In this document: positions 1 through 12,559 of the stretch, one piece after another
How positions within the stretch are numbered: position 1 is the first letter of the stretch
How the letters are laid out: each line of letters opens with the position of its first letter
Translations under genes and position numbers: made by a program
Notes under the pieces: model-generated
The model's input: the letters and a program-made list of their open reading frames with translations, nothing else
Database searches by the model: none
What the model was told of the DNA's origin: nothing
NCBI RefSeq assembly: GCF_002571385.2
Contig: NW_019217786.1
Span: 927,676-991,675 of the forward strand
Direction of reading: 5' to 3'
Length of the DNA stretch: 64,000 bases
Origin: Stylophora pistillata
Taxonomy: Eukaryota

Positions 1-497
1 AGATATGACATCTGACAGTGTGGTCAAAACAGCGTTAAGGAACAAAATTACCTGTCTTGATGCTAAGTAAAAAAAGGACACTCCAAGTTGTTGATTAAAT
101 GAAAAAATAGCTTCTTAAAACACCTGTTGTAAAATCTGTCTTAGATACAGAAATGGATTGACAATTACAGAATTTTTAATCTTTGCAATGTACATTGGTT
201 ATAATAATTGCTAAAGGAAAGATGAGTTTATTATGAGTTTATGTGGCCATTAAAACTGCAGATTGTTACTGTTCATGATTATATATTTCTAAGTATATAT
301 ATTAATATTACTTTGCAGCATTATTATCAAATTCAGTGAGTTCCAATTAACTTGAATGATCAGAGCAGAGGTGCTCATTTATATTTTTGAAAACCTCTTT
401 TTTTAATCAGATTTGTATTGCATAACTCACATTAATATGTTAATAATAAATGTTCGGTTGATTAAACCTGTGTTTCAGTTGTTTTTACATGTATGCA

Positions 498-765
498 TTA
501 AGTATACTTGAAGTGTACTTCCTTTAAAGTATACTGGAAGTATACTTCCTTTAAAGTATACTTGAAGTATACTTCTTTTAAAGTATACTTTTAAGTATAC
601 TTCCTTTAAAGTATACTTTTAAGTATACTTTTTAGGTGGCCAAAAGTTGTGTACTTTAAGCATACTTCTGTAAGTATACTTAAAGTATACTTCAAGTACA
701 AAAAAAGTATACTTTTTAAAGTGTTGATCACCTATTTAAAGTATACTTTAAGTGTACTGAAATAC
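498..765. repeat. Array of short palindromic AAGTATACTT units (satellite-like or MITE interior)
   Basis: More than 12 copies of AAGTATACTT/AAGTGTACTT, roughly every 10-20 bp, seen directly. Confidence 0.85.
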
Positions 766-781
766 ACAACAAAACGGAACA

Positions 782-955
782 ATTCGTGTATTGGTTGCCA
801 CAATTGCTTTTGGGATGGGGGTGGACTGCAAAGGGGTTCACCGCACAATTCACTTTGGCCCCTACAAAACACTAGAATGCTGCAACCAGGAGACGGTTAG
901 GGCAGGTAGAGATGATGGACAGAGTACTTCATACTTATTGTTTAATTGGATAATG
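782..955 (+). pseudogene. RecQ-type SF2 helicase C-terminal fragment
   Basis: Translates IRVLVATIAFGMGVDCKGVHRTIHFGP..QETVRAGRD, matching RecQ motifs V (ATxAFGMGxD) and VI (QExGRAGRD, degenerate). No upstream motifs seen. Confidence 0.75.
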
Positions 956-969
956 AAACATAACTGTTT

Positions 970-2932
970 TCACTGTTGAAATCTATTGACTGTTTCAACA
1001 CAATGTAAAAAAGAACCAATACCACAGTAATCATCTACTTGCAATGGATTGGGAAGTTGCTCAATTTGCTGTTCAGACAGACTGATTGATGGAGGCTCAA
1101 TATTAACCTGGTAGTCTTCTTCTTCCACTGAGAGTAATCCCACTGGGTCAACTCCAAAGTCATCAATCTCAGATGGATTCAATGCAGTATGACCAGAATG
1201 TATATTTTCAAGCATCCCTTCCTGCCACATTTGAAGTGGTGACTTGTTTTTTTCACTTGACACTGGATGGTTGTTTATTTGCAGAACAAATTCCTGCAAA
1301 GACTTTTTTATGCGAGGAATAAAAACTTGATGGAGGCTATACAAGTGAACATCATTCAATATATCCAAAAAATGCCTTCATTTTCCATTGCCTCAAATAT
1401 ACGTGAATAAAAAGGCAGCACGCCTGCATAGATGTCACGGTGACTTCTTTTAACTCTGCAGTTGTGAACAGAGGAACCGTTGATAATACTTCCTCTTCCC
1501 TCTCCTCTGTGTTCTAACATGTACTGTGCAACATATGTTTTCCATGCTATAATCACTTCTAACTCTTGACAGAAGGCCCACTGTTTGAACACCATCTTCA
1601 AACAAAGATAGAACAGTGTCAGCCTTGTTGTTGTTGCAGCAATGAACATATACCAGCAGTCTGGTCTTCCCATCAGTACAAAAATGGGTAATCAACTTAT
1701 ACCCAATCAATTTATGTCCAGAGTCGATATGCCATAGGCTGTTTCGAGTTGGAAAATAGTACTTTCGGCGGCGAATAGCCATTCTCCATCGTAAAGTTGT
1801 TCCAACTGGATCAACCCGATGCAAACACTCACTGACCCTCCACCTTTGAAAGCGTAAACCCCTACTTCTAAGTGCGCCTATGAATCTTCGTCTTCCAATG
1901 TTTGGAGTAAGAGGGCCACTTTGAAAGTTTCCTGATACTGTTGCATAAATTCTATCCAATTCATCATCTGAAATATCTGAAAATTTTTCTAGCTCGTCAC
2001 TAAGACCAAATTCCCTGCGACGTCTTTGTAGTGTTGAAATGGTGACTTGAAGAATGGCAGCAATTTTTGTCCACGAGAAGAAAAGAGAACGTAGATGTTC
2101 AACTTGTTCTTTTGAAATATCGTATGGCTTTCGCCCAGGCCCCAGTTTTGATTTTAACGGCGCGCGATAAGCAGTATCATCTTCATTATAATTCTCACTT
2201 TTCTCGATTTCAGCAGACAAAAGGTTGATTAAGTGCACCAATAAGTGCCTTAAGTTATGAATTGGCAGTTGTACAGCTTCAGTTGGTATTCCAGTAACAT
2301 TCAGACGAACATGTAGACGAACAGTAAACACCAGCACTTCTTGATCAATAAATGGACGTAATATAGACTTCAAAGTTTGAAGAAAGTATTAAAAGCCCCT
2401 CTCATTTCTTTCCCTGCATTTTCCACCATATTAGTTATACACCTGCACAAGCTTGTAGGATACGTTCCCAGTCCTACCAGTCGGGACTGCATTGGTTCAT
2501 GGGATATGCTTAATAATTCGAACATGCCAAAAAATATTTGTACACAAAAATAATTCGAACACAAAAATATAGTTGTAATCAAAAATAATTCGAACACAAA
2601 AAAATAATTGTCTCCTGTGGCTCAGTGGTTAGAGCATCCGACAAGATCACGGAGGGTCGTGGGTTCACATCCCATCTGGAAACTCGATTTTTCTCTTACA
2701 TTAAAAATTGTTTCAAAAAAATAATTGTACACAAAAATAATTATACTCTAGAGAAAAATAAAGAAATGCAGTAAAAGTGAATTTGTGACAAATAATTACA
2801 GCTTGGATAAAAATAATAAAACCCTAGTTGATAATTGAAAACCACTACAAAAATAATTGTCCGACACTAAAAACTAATTCAACATTTACCATAAAATAAA
2901 TAAAGCAATTTTGACCAGAACGGGCCTCCATA
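970..2932 (-). mobile_element. IS3EU-type DDE/integrase DNA transposon, decayed; one terminus at 2932
   Basis: Frameshifted ORFs 1450-2373, 1356-1673 and 970-1368 give an HTH (WTKIAAILQVTISTLQRRR) plus an rve core (NSLWHIDSGHKL, RVRSD, GSSVHNCRVKRSHRD with the catalytic E changed to K). The minus strand starts TATGGAGGCCCGTTCTGG at 2932 (TAY-type end), followed by AAAATAATT subterminal repeats. Confidence 0.7.
2610..2700 (+). mobile_element. tRNA-derived SINE head nested in the IS3EU subterminal region
   Basis: Pol III A box TGGCTCAGTGGTTAGAGC and B-box-like GGGTTCACATCCC; no clean acceptor stem. Confidence 0.65.
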
Positions 2933-3499
2933 CACCTTGGTTTTTCGAAATATTGCAAAATAATTTTTTCCGAGCGAAAATCACTTCAGCGCACAAAGGC
3001 CCACAGCGCTGATCATCAAAAATAGTACAAATCGCTGTGCTCATCTGGTTTGAGGACCACTTATAGAGACTGCGTCTTGATTGTTGTGTGCAGTGCACTT
3101 TCTCTCACTGAGCCTAAAACTATCGTGTAAACATGTAAAATATGCGCCGCAGGATTACGTAGGAGATCACTGCTAGGCTTATCTCTGAACGGCTTTCCTG
3201 ATGTTGTGATTGTTGATCGTCAGCATTTGTGACCATGAGATTTCTATTCCAGTCTTCCTAATTTCATTCTGATGAAGCCTTGTGTGAACAGCCTCATTCT
3301 CCTTGTCTGCAAGAGGGGATTAATGAACTTTCCTTCGTCCTAGAGCAGGCAGTGTCTGTCGTCATAGGCGTTTACAATGACGGTGTGTGTTCTTGCGAGT
3401 TGGGTATTTCTGTCATTCTCCTTGACGACGATCCTTAACCACGACAACAGGAGAGACGTGTGACAGCGTACCGTTAGCGGGAAAGTTCAACGACTATAA

Positions 3500-4256
3500 G
3501 AAACCTTAAGATACCCCGAAATCGGCGTACGGGTGACGGGTAGCGCCATATTTTTTTTTTCATTTTGCGATGATGTCATCGATCTTACCCGGTAGACCCA
3601 GCCGTTTTCCCGGGGTAGGCACCAGTTTACCCGTAGAAAAATTACGAGTACGAGCTACATAATGGAGAAACGAGTGAGTTTTTAAGACGTTTGAATTGTT
3701 TGACTCCTTAGCAATGTTATTGCAAGTCTATTTAAATATTTTTGTCAATTTTAAATTTTAGCGGTAAAGAAAGCGCGTCAAATTGGATTGACTTTGGATC
3801 TCAAATGCGAGGGTTGAACTCTGAAACGATATGAATTTGTGGCGGTAATTTGGGGGATTTCTGAGAATTGCTCCAACGGTTGTGTCTCCCAAAAGTACTG
3901 GCATTGAAAAATTGATAAAGCTTACTGCATCCGCAAGAAGAATTTCGATGTCGTCATCCTCAGTGTCAAACGCATGGAGAAGAAGCATATCATTGGCGTA
4001 CATTCTAAAGACAGAACATTCGTAAAGGAGAATTTTGGATACATTTGAATAGACTTCACAATTTAGATGACTTATTTCTGAGGAAAGAGAGCAACCCTTG
4101 CTGCCGCGGCCGTCATCTTTGCAAACAATCGTTACCAAACCCCGCATGTTAACTCTTCGGGTATCTTAATCAAATTAGCTAGGCACATGAACATTTCACG
4201 TGTACGGGTACAGTACCCGTACCCCGTACACCGATTTCGAGGTATTTTAAGGTCTC
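3500..4256. mobile_element. Non-autonomous PIF/Harbinger-like element
   Basis: TIRs GAAACCTTAAGATACCCCGAAATCGGCGTACGGG and CGTACACCGATTTCGAGGTATTTTAAGGTCTC, with TAA on both flanks (3497-3499, 4257-4259). Confidence 0.75.
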
Positions 4257-4774
4257 TAAACGTTTAAAGGTCATATTCCTAGTATACTACACAATTCAAG
4301 ACTAGAGAATCGATGTACACGTCAAATTTAATTCTATCGAGATTTACGAACGAGTTCATATGTAATTGAAAAGGAGTTTCAGCATTTTATTATTGCGTAA
4401 AAAACAGGAGTTTGATCAAAGCACCACCCATAAATCAAAGAATGTAATAGCAAATTCAAGCCTGCACGTTAGTTAGACTTGGCAGAGTTACACTTTTTCT
4501 ACAATTTCGTCTGAACGATTTGTTTATTACCACGAACAGAAAATAGGAAACAATCTCAATGTTTGATTCGTGAGTAAAAGAACAGCAAAATCCGTTGACG
4601 ATTCACGATTTCATGATCAATCAAGTTTGAGAATGAGACACTTTGATTAACACTTCATACTAATACTACGATTTGTGATGGTCTCAAATAACTCCATGCA
4701 CTCAGCGCACATTTCGAAGGTGAAAAACTGCTACTTTCTTCCTGCGCTACCTTAAAAAAACCAACTTAATAATG

Positions 4775-7700
4775 CTAGTTATATTTCACAGCTCGCGGAC
4801 GCAATTGTCTGGCAATTATAGTTCTTGTGGAGTCTTGTTCTGTTTTTGCTTCACGACATTCCTAAGGGTTTCAAAAGATTGAATATAAAGTGAGCTACAC
4901 CAAAAACTCTGTGGCAGAAAAAACATCTGATTTTTCAAACTGGTTGGATTGTGCCTCACGGGGATCACTGTACCTGTTTTGCGGGAGACAAATATGCTGT
5001 CACCGCAGGTTTCTTGAACAACTTTTTTCCCTTTTTCGCGGAGGACTGAGTTAACTTTGGCGGTACATTTTCTCTTTCTTCGTTCGGTTGCGATGTGCCC
5101 TTTTCAGTGTCTTCACCTAAAAAAGAGATACACTTCAGAGCTCGATACGAGTCACGCCTATCAGTACGAATTAAGACATGTCCATGGTTCGATATTGCGT
5201 CATAACTTTGCAAAACTTTATACCTGCAGCGTTTTCTTGTAAGTCTTGGAAGAGTTTTCTCTTTTTTGATTCTACTTTGGGTGACTCTGTCTCGTCCTGC
5301 GGAGAGATTTCAATTCAGCATTTAATGGGCGCTCGAACAAAGCAACTCAGAATTCACAACTCCAATGCTTAGTATGATTCATTGACAACTTCTTCATCGA
5401 ACAAACTGACGCGTGTTAATTAGGTAATAGAAACAGATAACCTTACCACTGACGACTTTTTTGCTGATAAAGTCGTCGACTTTGTCCCGGATGTCGTCTG
5501 TTTGTTTCTCGCAGATTGTCGTGTGCTCGGGCGACTTCGCCTGCGGAAAAATAAGAGAATTCGTTGACTGACGAATGAGCCTTTAAACCGCTGTAGGGGA
5601 GAAGAATTGTTAAGTTGATTCCTGAGAAAAAAAGTTATCGAACAAGGTTTTTAAACTTTTCTTAAATATTTCCTAGCGATGTCTGTTTCGAAAAATGCAA
5701 TTGAAAAGTGCTTGTTTAGGAGAGATTGCGAACCAAACTTACTTAATTTATGCCCGTGTCGGCAATAATCACTATCCTGTGTACAGCCGTCCCCTACCCT
5801 CCACAAGAAATTCGGGAAGGGGGCCTTCCCAATTTTCTTTTGGAGGGTAGGGGGGCGACAGTACACAGGCTACATTTCATCAGCTCGCGGTATATTTTGA
5901 GGTAGCTGGAAGCAATGGTTTTTGAAGAAACACTTGAAAAAAACTTTTGGAAAAAACTTGACAGGTAGAAAGTCTCGAGCGTATGGAACAATTTTATGGA
6001 CAAGGCTCGGTTCAAACGTCAAATTTCACATGTGCCGAACTTTATGCATGAATTATAGAAAGTTATTATGATTCATTTATAACCCACAACTTGCCAGGAA
6101 TTCTATGAATGCCATACGCGAAAAAGCCAAAACAGCACAAAAAAATGGTGGGAGACGAAGGAATTTGTAGTTCTTGCTTTGCAAAGACAATATGTAGTTG
6201 TTTGACGAGCGGTAATTACTTTTGTATGAGGTGTTCGGTTTTTGAAAACGAAGAGGGCACTCCTGGGTGGAAAGTAGGAAAATCTGTGGCATATTGCGAG
6301 TCGTGTTTCAATGAAATGATGGAACGTGAATCAAGTCAGAGTATCATGACGAAAAGCCAAGATGACGAAGCAAAATTAAACAGCAAAACAAAAGCATCAG
6401 TAAAGCAATTAAGCAAACGCTCAATAGACGTCTTCGTCTAGGAAATAAGCAGTGCACCTGGAAATATTGACAACGAACAGAGTTACATTCGACGTTTGAA
6501 TCAAATGCCGTATTTAACTATTTTAGTTTACTAAAATAGGAGTTAAGGTCGGCACATGTGACATTCGACGTTTGAACTGGGCCTTATTTGAGAAAAATCA
6601 AGCAGTTTTAAACGACATTGACTTGAAACGTTTCTCGAGTCGTTGCTTTTAAGGTAATACTTTGCATCCTCGAGTAACGGGCTTCATGCATGCTTTTTGA
6701 TATATCCTTTTTCCCCTTAGATTGATTTTTTGAATTTCTCCAATTTAAAGGGGATAAATTCTGCACCAAAATTATGCAATAAAAAAAGGCCACCGTGCTC
6801 GTTCAAGATCTTAAGGCTATCCTACCTCTTTACCCGGTCTATCTAATGAAAAACAATACCCTGTTCTTGGAATGCGCGAGAGCTTATTCGCCTAATTAAG
6901 TAATTTTTTATGCGCACTGCAGGTTGCGCAGTACAATACTGAGGAATGCCTTAGGCAGCATGAATTGTTTTAACCACAAGACATTACGCGCTTAGTCCGC
7001 CATTTTCTATGCCATCTTAATTCGTGAAATTTCCATCGAAGGCCATCATCCAAGTGCATCTGAGCGATTTAAATATACTGAGGACTTATTATTGTGGCAT
7101 TCCTTTCAAAATATCTGTGGTATATTCAGGATAGTTAATTTAGTGGTTTCTCGCAATTGTCTCGAGAAAGTTGTTTATAACTTGGACCTTCCATGGAATC
7201 TCGCGTTCCTTTACAAGAAAGAATCACCCGAATGACAGAAAGGATTGTTCTAGCATTAAGAGTCAACTATAATAGCCAATTAACGGATATTTTGCTTCAT
7301 CAAAGCATTGACAAGCTTCGCACGAAGTGCAGGTCACAGGAAGCAAATGGCCGGTGAAAACTTGAACTATTGACGGGCCTGCACGACTTCGCCATTCGCA
7401 AGCGATTTTAAACTTGTGCTTTCATAGATTAGTTCTGACCAGGAGATATTTTACTGATTTTCCTTTGTGATGTGACTATATTACACAAACTCCGTTCGAA
7501 ATATATGAGAAAACATCAGGTAGAATTCCGCTTATTTGTGCTTCGAACTACTTTTTAACGCATATTAAAGTCTGTCCCCAACCAGGGACAGGTCAAAAGG
7601 TGACGCAATCCCATAGTGACCATGTACAAGCACATGGTCCCATGATCCTTTGCATCTTTTTTTTGCTATGCTTCGATCCACACATTACGTGAGCTTTTAG

Positions 7701-10700
7701 CGTAAACTTTTTCGCTTTATTTTTTTCCCCTATCAGCTCTCTCTACACCTCCTCGGTAACGAGGAAAGGTTCTGAAGATATTTTCTTCAAATTGACGTGG
7801 AGAATTTGCTACCTTTCTATAATATCAAGAAATGGATAGATGTTCTAGTCTTCTCGAATAAGGACAAATAAACCATAGGCCCCGTCTCTTGCAGGGTTAG
7901 GGGTAGGAGACGTTAATTTCCCACGCACGAGATTACTGTGTGGTGGATGTCCTCCCCTGGAGTGGGATGGGAGGGAAGGTGAGATCGTTACATGGACTGA
8001 AGCGGCTGCCAGAGGCGCCTGATAATACTGACGTCTGATCTCAACCTTATCATTGTAACTAGACACGTTTGTTGTTTAGAGTGCTTAAGACTTTCTTTCT
8101 TTCTTTCTTCTTTCTCAATCGTATAATACGATATCACGTAGAAAACGATCTCATCGTTCTCTTTCGCCACACGACCGCTATTACGACCGCCGACTCGGAG
8201 TGAGGCTAAAAGGCCCCAAACCCCCGATAATTCGCCGGCAACGGGCGAAAATACGCTGGATTCTATCCTGCAGACCTTACAGCAAATTCAGTCTGACATG
8301 GCGAAGACGAACGATCGGGTATCCTCAATGGAAACTCTACTACAACAACCTTCAGGTTTAGCGCCATCGCTCCCCACCTGCGACGACGAGATTTCTCTCA
8401 TGGCGCTCTCAGATAACGAGTTAGAGGATGGCCTCTCTCAGGCTACTGAGCCGCAGCAACAGGCTGTTAAAGCAAAACACAAGGCTAGTAAGCTATCACA
8501 CGAGGCCATTAGGCCATCAAACGAGACTTATGTGTCCCATACAGTGGAGACAACTCCACCGAAGGAAATGGCCCCTGACAACTCTTCACAGTCATTATAT
8601 GACCCTGACTCAGCCTTCTATTCATGGGCCCCTCCGAAGGATTTCACCTCCTTCTTAGAGAAACAGTTTCGTAGGAAACTCACCTATGACCAGGTACGTG
8701 AAATTCTCGACAATTATAATATTCCAGCTGTCGACTGTTTATTTACGCCTTCCCTGGACCCTTCTGTCGCAAATCAAATAAGCCCTCCGCAAACAAAGAA
8801 GTACGTACACTATCGCGATAAGGAGATGGCTACGGTCCAAAGGGCCTCTCTGCTCTCTTCATGATGCTCTTACCTCTGGAACCCAAGTTCCCATAGAGGA
8901 CATTAAATGTATAGTTGAGCAAACATTGTGTCTCCTTGGTTCAGCAAACCACCAAATGTCAATATTAAGTAGAAAGAAAGTTCCTGCAAATATCAATAAA
9001 GATAAAATAAGTCTGGCTGATCAGTCATTCCCTAATGCCAAACGTTTCCTGTTTGGAGAGGATTTCCCTGCAGTTGCTTCAAAACAAGCAGAACTCTCTC
9101 GTGGCCTAGCCAAGAACTTATCGCATGCCCAAAAGCCCAAAAAAACCTTCCAAAAACCTGGGAACACAAAGGAAAGGCAACGCCCAAGGACCCTGGGCAC
9201 TTTCTCTAAGTACCAAGCAAACCGACCAAAAAACTATCGGTCCTTTCGCCCCAACAAGGGTTCGTCAAACCAAGACTCAACAACTTCCAAGATCAGTGGA
9301 AGGAAATCACCTCAGATACTGAAACCTTAAACGTTGTGTTGGGATATCAAATCCCCTTTCACTCTGTTCCTGTTCAGTTACACGTTGCAGTTACAACATG
9401 TTCAGATTCGACAGCTCTCCTTGTAGATGCAGAGGTGCACAAAGTCCTCTCAATGGGGGCAGCAAAAGAGATTCCATTCTCCACAGAATTTCTATAGCAG
9501 AATCTTTCTGGTTCCGAAAAAAGAGGGAACATTTCGCCCTGTAATGGACCTGAGTCGTCGTCTCAACAAGTTTGTGGAGAACTTCCATTTTCGAATGGAA
9601 AATATCTCCTGTCTCAAAACTCTCTTAAAAAAGGGAGACTTTATGACATGCATAGACTTAAAGGATGCATATCTCTCCGTCCACGTACACAAATCCTCAC
9701 AAAGGTACCTTTGCTTCCAGTAGAGAAACAAAACGCTTCCCTTTCAAGGTCTGCCATTTGGGCTAAATACAGCCCCTAGAATGTTTACAAAGCTAATAAA
9801 ACCCATAGCTGCTTATCTACGGAAGAGAGGTATTCGAATAATCATCTACCTAGACGACTTCCTAATCCCAGGCTCCTCCTTAGAAGAGTCAACAGCAAAC
9901 ACCTGGCAAACACTGACCCTTCTCCAGCAGCTGGGCTTCACCATAAATTGGGAGAAGTCTATCCTGGAGCCCACCCAGTCATTAACATTTCTGGGCCTTT
10001 CTATAGACTCACAGACAATGTCACTCAGCCTTCCAGAGGGAGAGATCCTGAATATACAAAACAAATGTCAACAAAACCTTCTCCTCAACCCTACCCCTTC
10101 TGCTCGCGAAGTAGCAAGCCTGATAGGGACATGGGAGGCTGCTCGCCCTGCAATTTGGCAAGCCCTCCTCCATTCCAGATATCTACAAATACAGCTCATA
10201 AAGTCCCTGCAAGTGTCTCAAGACAATTACGAGACACTCAAGTCCTTGAACAGCAACGCTCATGCAGAACTATAGTGGTGGCACCAGAATGTTGTAACCG
10301 TAAACGGCAGTGCGATCAATCCTCCTCCCCCAGACCTCTACATAACATCAGACGCCTCCAAAACGGGCTGGGGTGCCTGGTGAGGGAACTTAACCGTAAA
10401 CGGCCGTTGGTTTCCTCTGGAAGCCAAACAACACATACACGTCCTCGAACTGAAAGCGGCCTATCTTGCCGTCAAAACCTTCCTCAAGGACAGGACCAAC
10501 ATTGTGGCATGTCTCCACAGCTGTAGCCCACGTAAACAACAAAGGGGGAACACGTTCCCCACAACTTGTCACTTTAACTCTGAAACTTTGGCAGTGGTGT
10601 CTTCATAAGTCAATCCTGATCACTGCTCAACACTTACCAGGCAAGCTAAACAGTGTAGTAGACAGAGAGTCCAGGGAGTTTTAAGACTTCAGCGAATGGC

Positions 10701-12283
10701 AAATAGATACACAGGTAATCCAACCCTTCATAACAGGGTGCAATGTAGACCTCTTTGCCTGTCGCCTAGCAGCTCTTCTCCCAACATACGCCAGTTGAAA
10801 ACCAGACCAAGGGGCTTTTTACACGGACGCAATGGCCCTAGACTGGGCCCCTCTGAAAGGCTACGCCTTTCCACCATTCGGCCTGATGGCGCCAGTCCTG
10901 AAAAAGGTCTCGCAGGACAAGGCGGATCTGGTCCTAGTAGGTCCAGTCTGGCAGGCGCAACCTTGGTGGCCAGTTCTTCTGAACCTCCTCACCGAAAAAC
11001 CAGTCATGATCCCGAACTCCAAATACTTGCTGAGGGACCCTGCATCCCCCCTCAGAATCCATCCAATGTATCCCAGGCTCCATCTGGCCGTCTTTCACGT
11101 ATCAGGGAACAAAATCAAACAGAAGGTTTTTCAGAGGACATTACCGAAATACTCCTCTCAGCCACTCGTACCTCCACACGTAAGACATACCAGTCAACCT
11201 GGGGAGAATGGAACAGCTGGTTTGGTAAACAGAAAGTTAATCCAGTTTCAGCAACACTAAATGATGTCCTTCTCTTTTTGACTGATCGCTTTAAAAGCGG
11301 GGCTGCGTATCGGTCAGTCAATGTAGTATTGTTCAGCTATCTCCTTCTGTCACCCAAATATTGACGGCTACTCCGTGGGCCAACATCCCCTTGTTGTTCA
11401 ACTCTTAAAAGGAATGCGAAACATGCGTCCTCCAAAACCCAGATACACACACACACACACGTGGGATGTGCAACTTGTAACTAAGTACTTGGATTCTCTT
11501 GGGAAAACTAAACTTTTTCCCCTAAAGCTCATCTCTATCAAGCTGGCAATACTTTTTGCCCTTACGTGTCCAAAGCGAGCTTCGTCCCTTGCTAAATTGG
11601 ACCTCCGTTACTGCCGTGTAGCCCCCGAGGGAGTTTCCTTTACGCTCACACTTCCGAGGAAGCGAGGTTCAACAGATCAGTTACCTCAAGCATTTTTTGC
11701 GTCCTTTCCGTACAACAAGAGACTCTGCCCTGTTGACACGCTCCGTGTTTACCTTAAGGCTACACGTCACTTGCGTCCAGTCGTCCCATCGTCAAAGCCA
11801 GATTCCTTGTTTGTCTCCTCTGTTAAACCTCATAACCCAATCACGACCCCAACACTTAGTCGATGGCTTCGCACAGCCATAAAGAATGCTGGAATAGACA
11901 CTGAGTTGTTTAAGGCTCATTCGGTTCGCGGAGCCTCGACCACAGCAGCAGCGAACAGTAACGTTCCACTTGACGATGTTATGAAAATGGCAGATTGGTC
12001 TCGTGTCAGTACCTTTCAAAAGTTTTATTACAAACCGGTTTTCAAGGCCAGTATGGTCACTGTACTTCAATAACTTACAAGTTTTCGTTACATTTCTATG
12101 GTCATTATGTAATAAACTGTTTATTGAAGTTACTTGTTTTCTGTCAAGTTATTTTTTATCTTGACCATACCCTACCCCTCTTCTGCACACTACATACATG
12201 TCAGGGCGATGAATTCTACCTGATGTTTTCTCATATATTTCGAACAGAGTCTGTGTAATATAATTAACAATTATTCCACGAGC

Positions 12284-12314
<31 letters not shown>

Positions 12315-12342
12315 AGAGGCGCGTAGCGCCGAGTTGGCTATA

Positions 12343-12379
<37 letters not shown>

Positions 12380-12527
12380 TTTTATTAAAAACGTTAAATT
12401 AAATTATTAAATTTTATTAAATTTTTAGCTCCCTTTTAATTTTAAGCTGACGCGTACGCTTACCATATTTGAAGATTATGGTATATTGGCTCATATATCA
12501 TAATGGCTAAGCCAATAAAAAGTCTTG

Positions 12528-12559
<32 letters not shown>

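Noticed and set aside
649-900. 83-aa Tyr/Lys-rich ORF
   Set aside because: Translation of the AAGTATACTT palindrome array; not a credible protein.
2610-2690. Possible tRNA gene
   Set aside because: A and B boxes are present but there is no proper acceptor stem or canonical T loop; better explained as a SINE head.
9721-10800. Possible APOBEC-like G-to-A editing of the DIRS element (stops at Trp codons)
   Set aside because: Only about two stops are plausibly TGG-derived; this cannot be tested without a family consensus.
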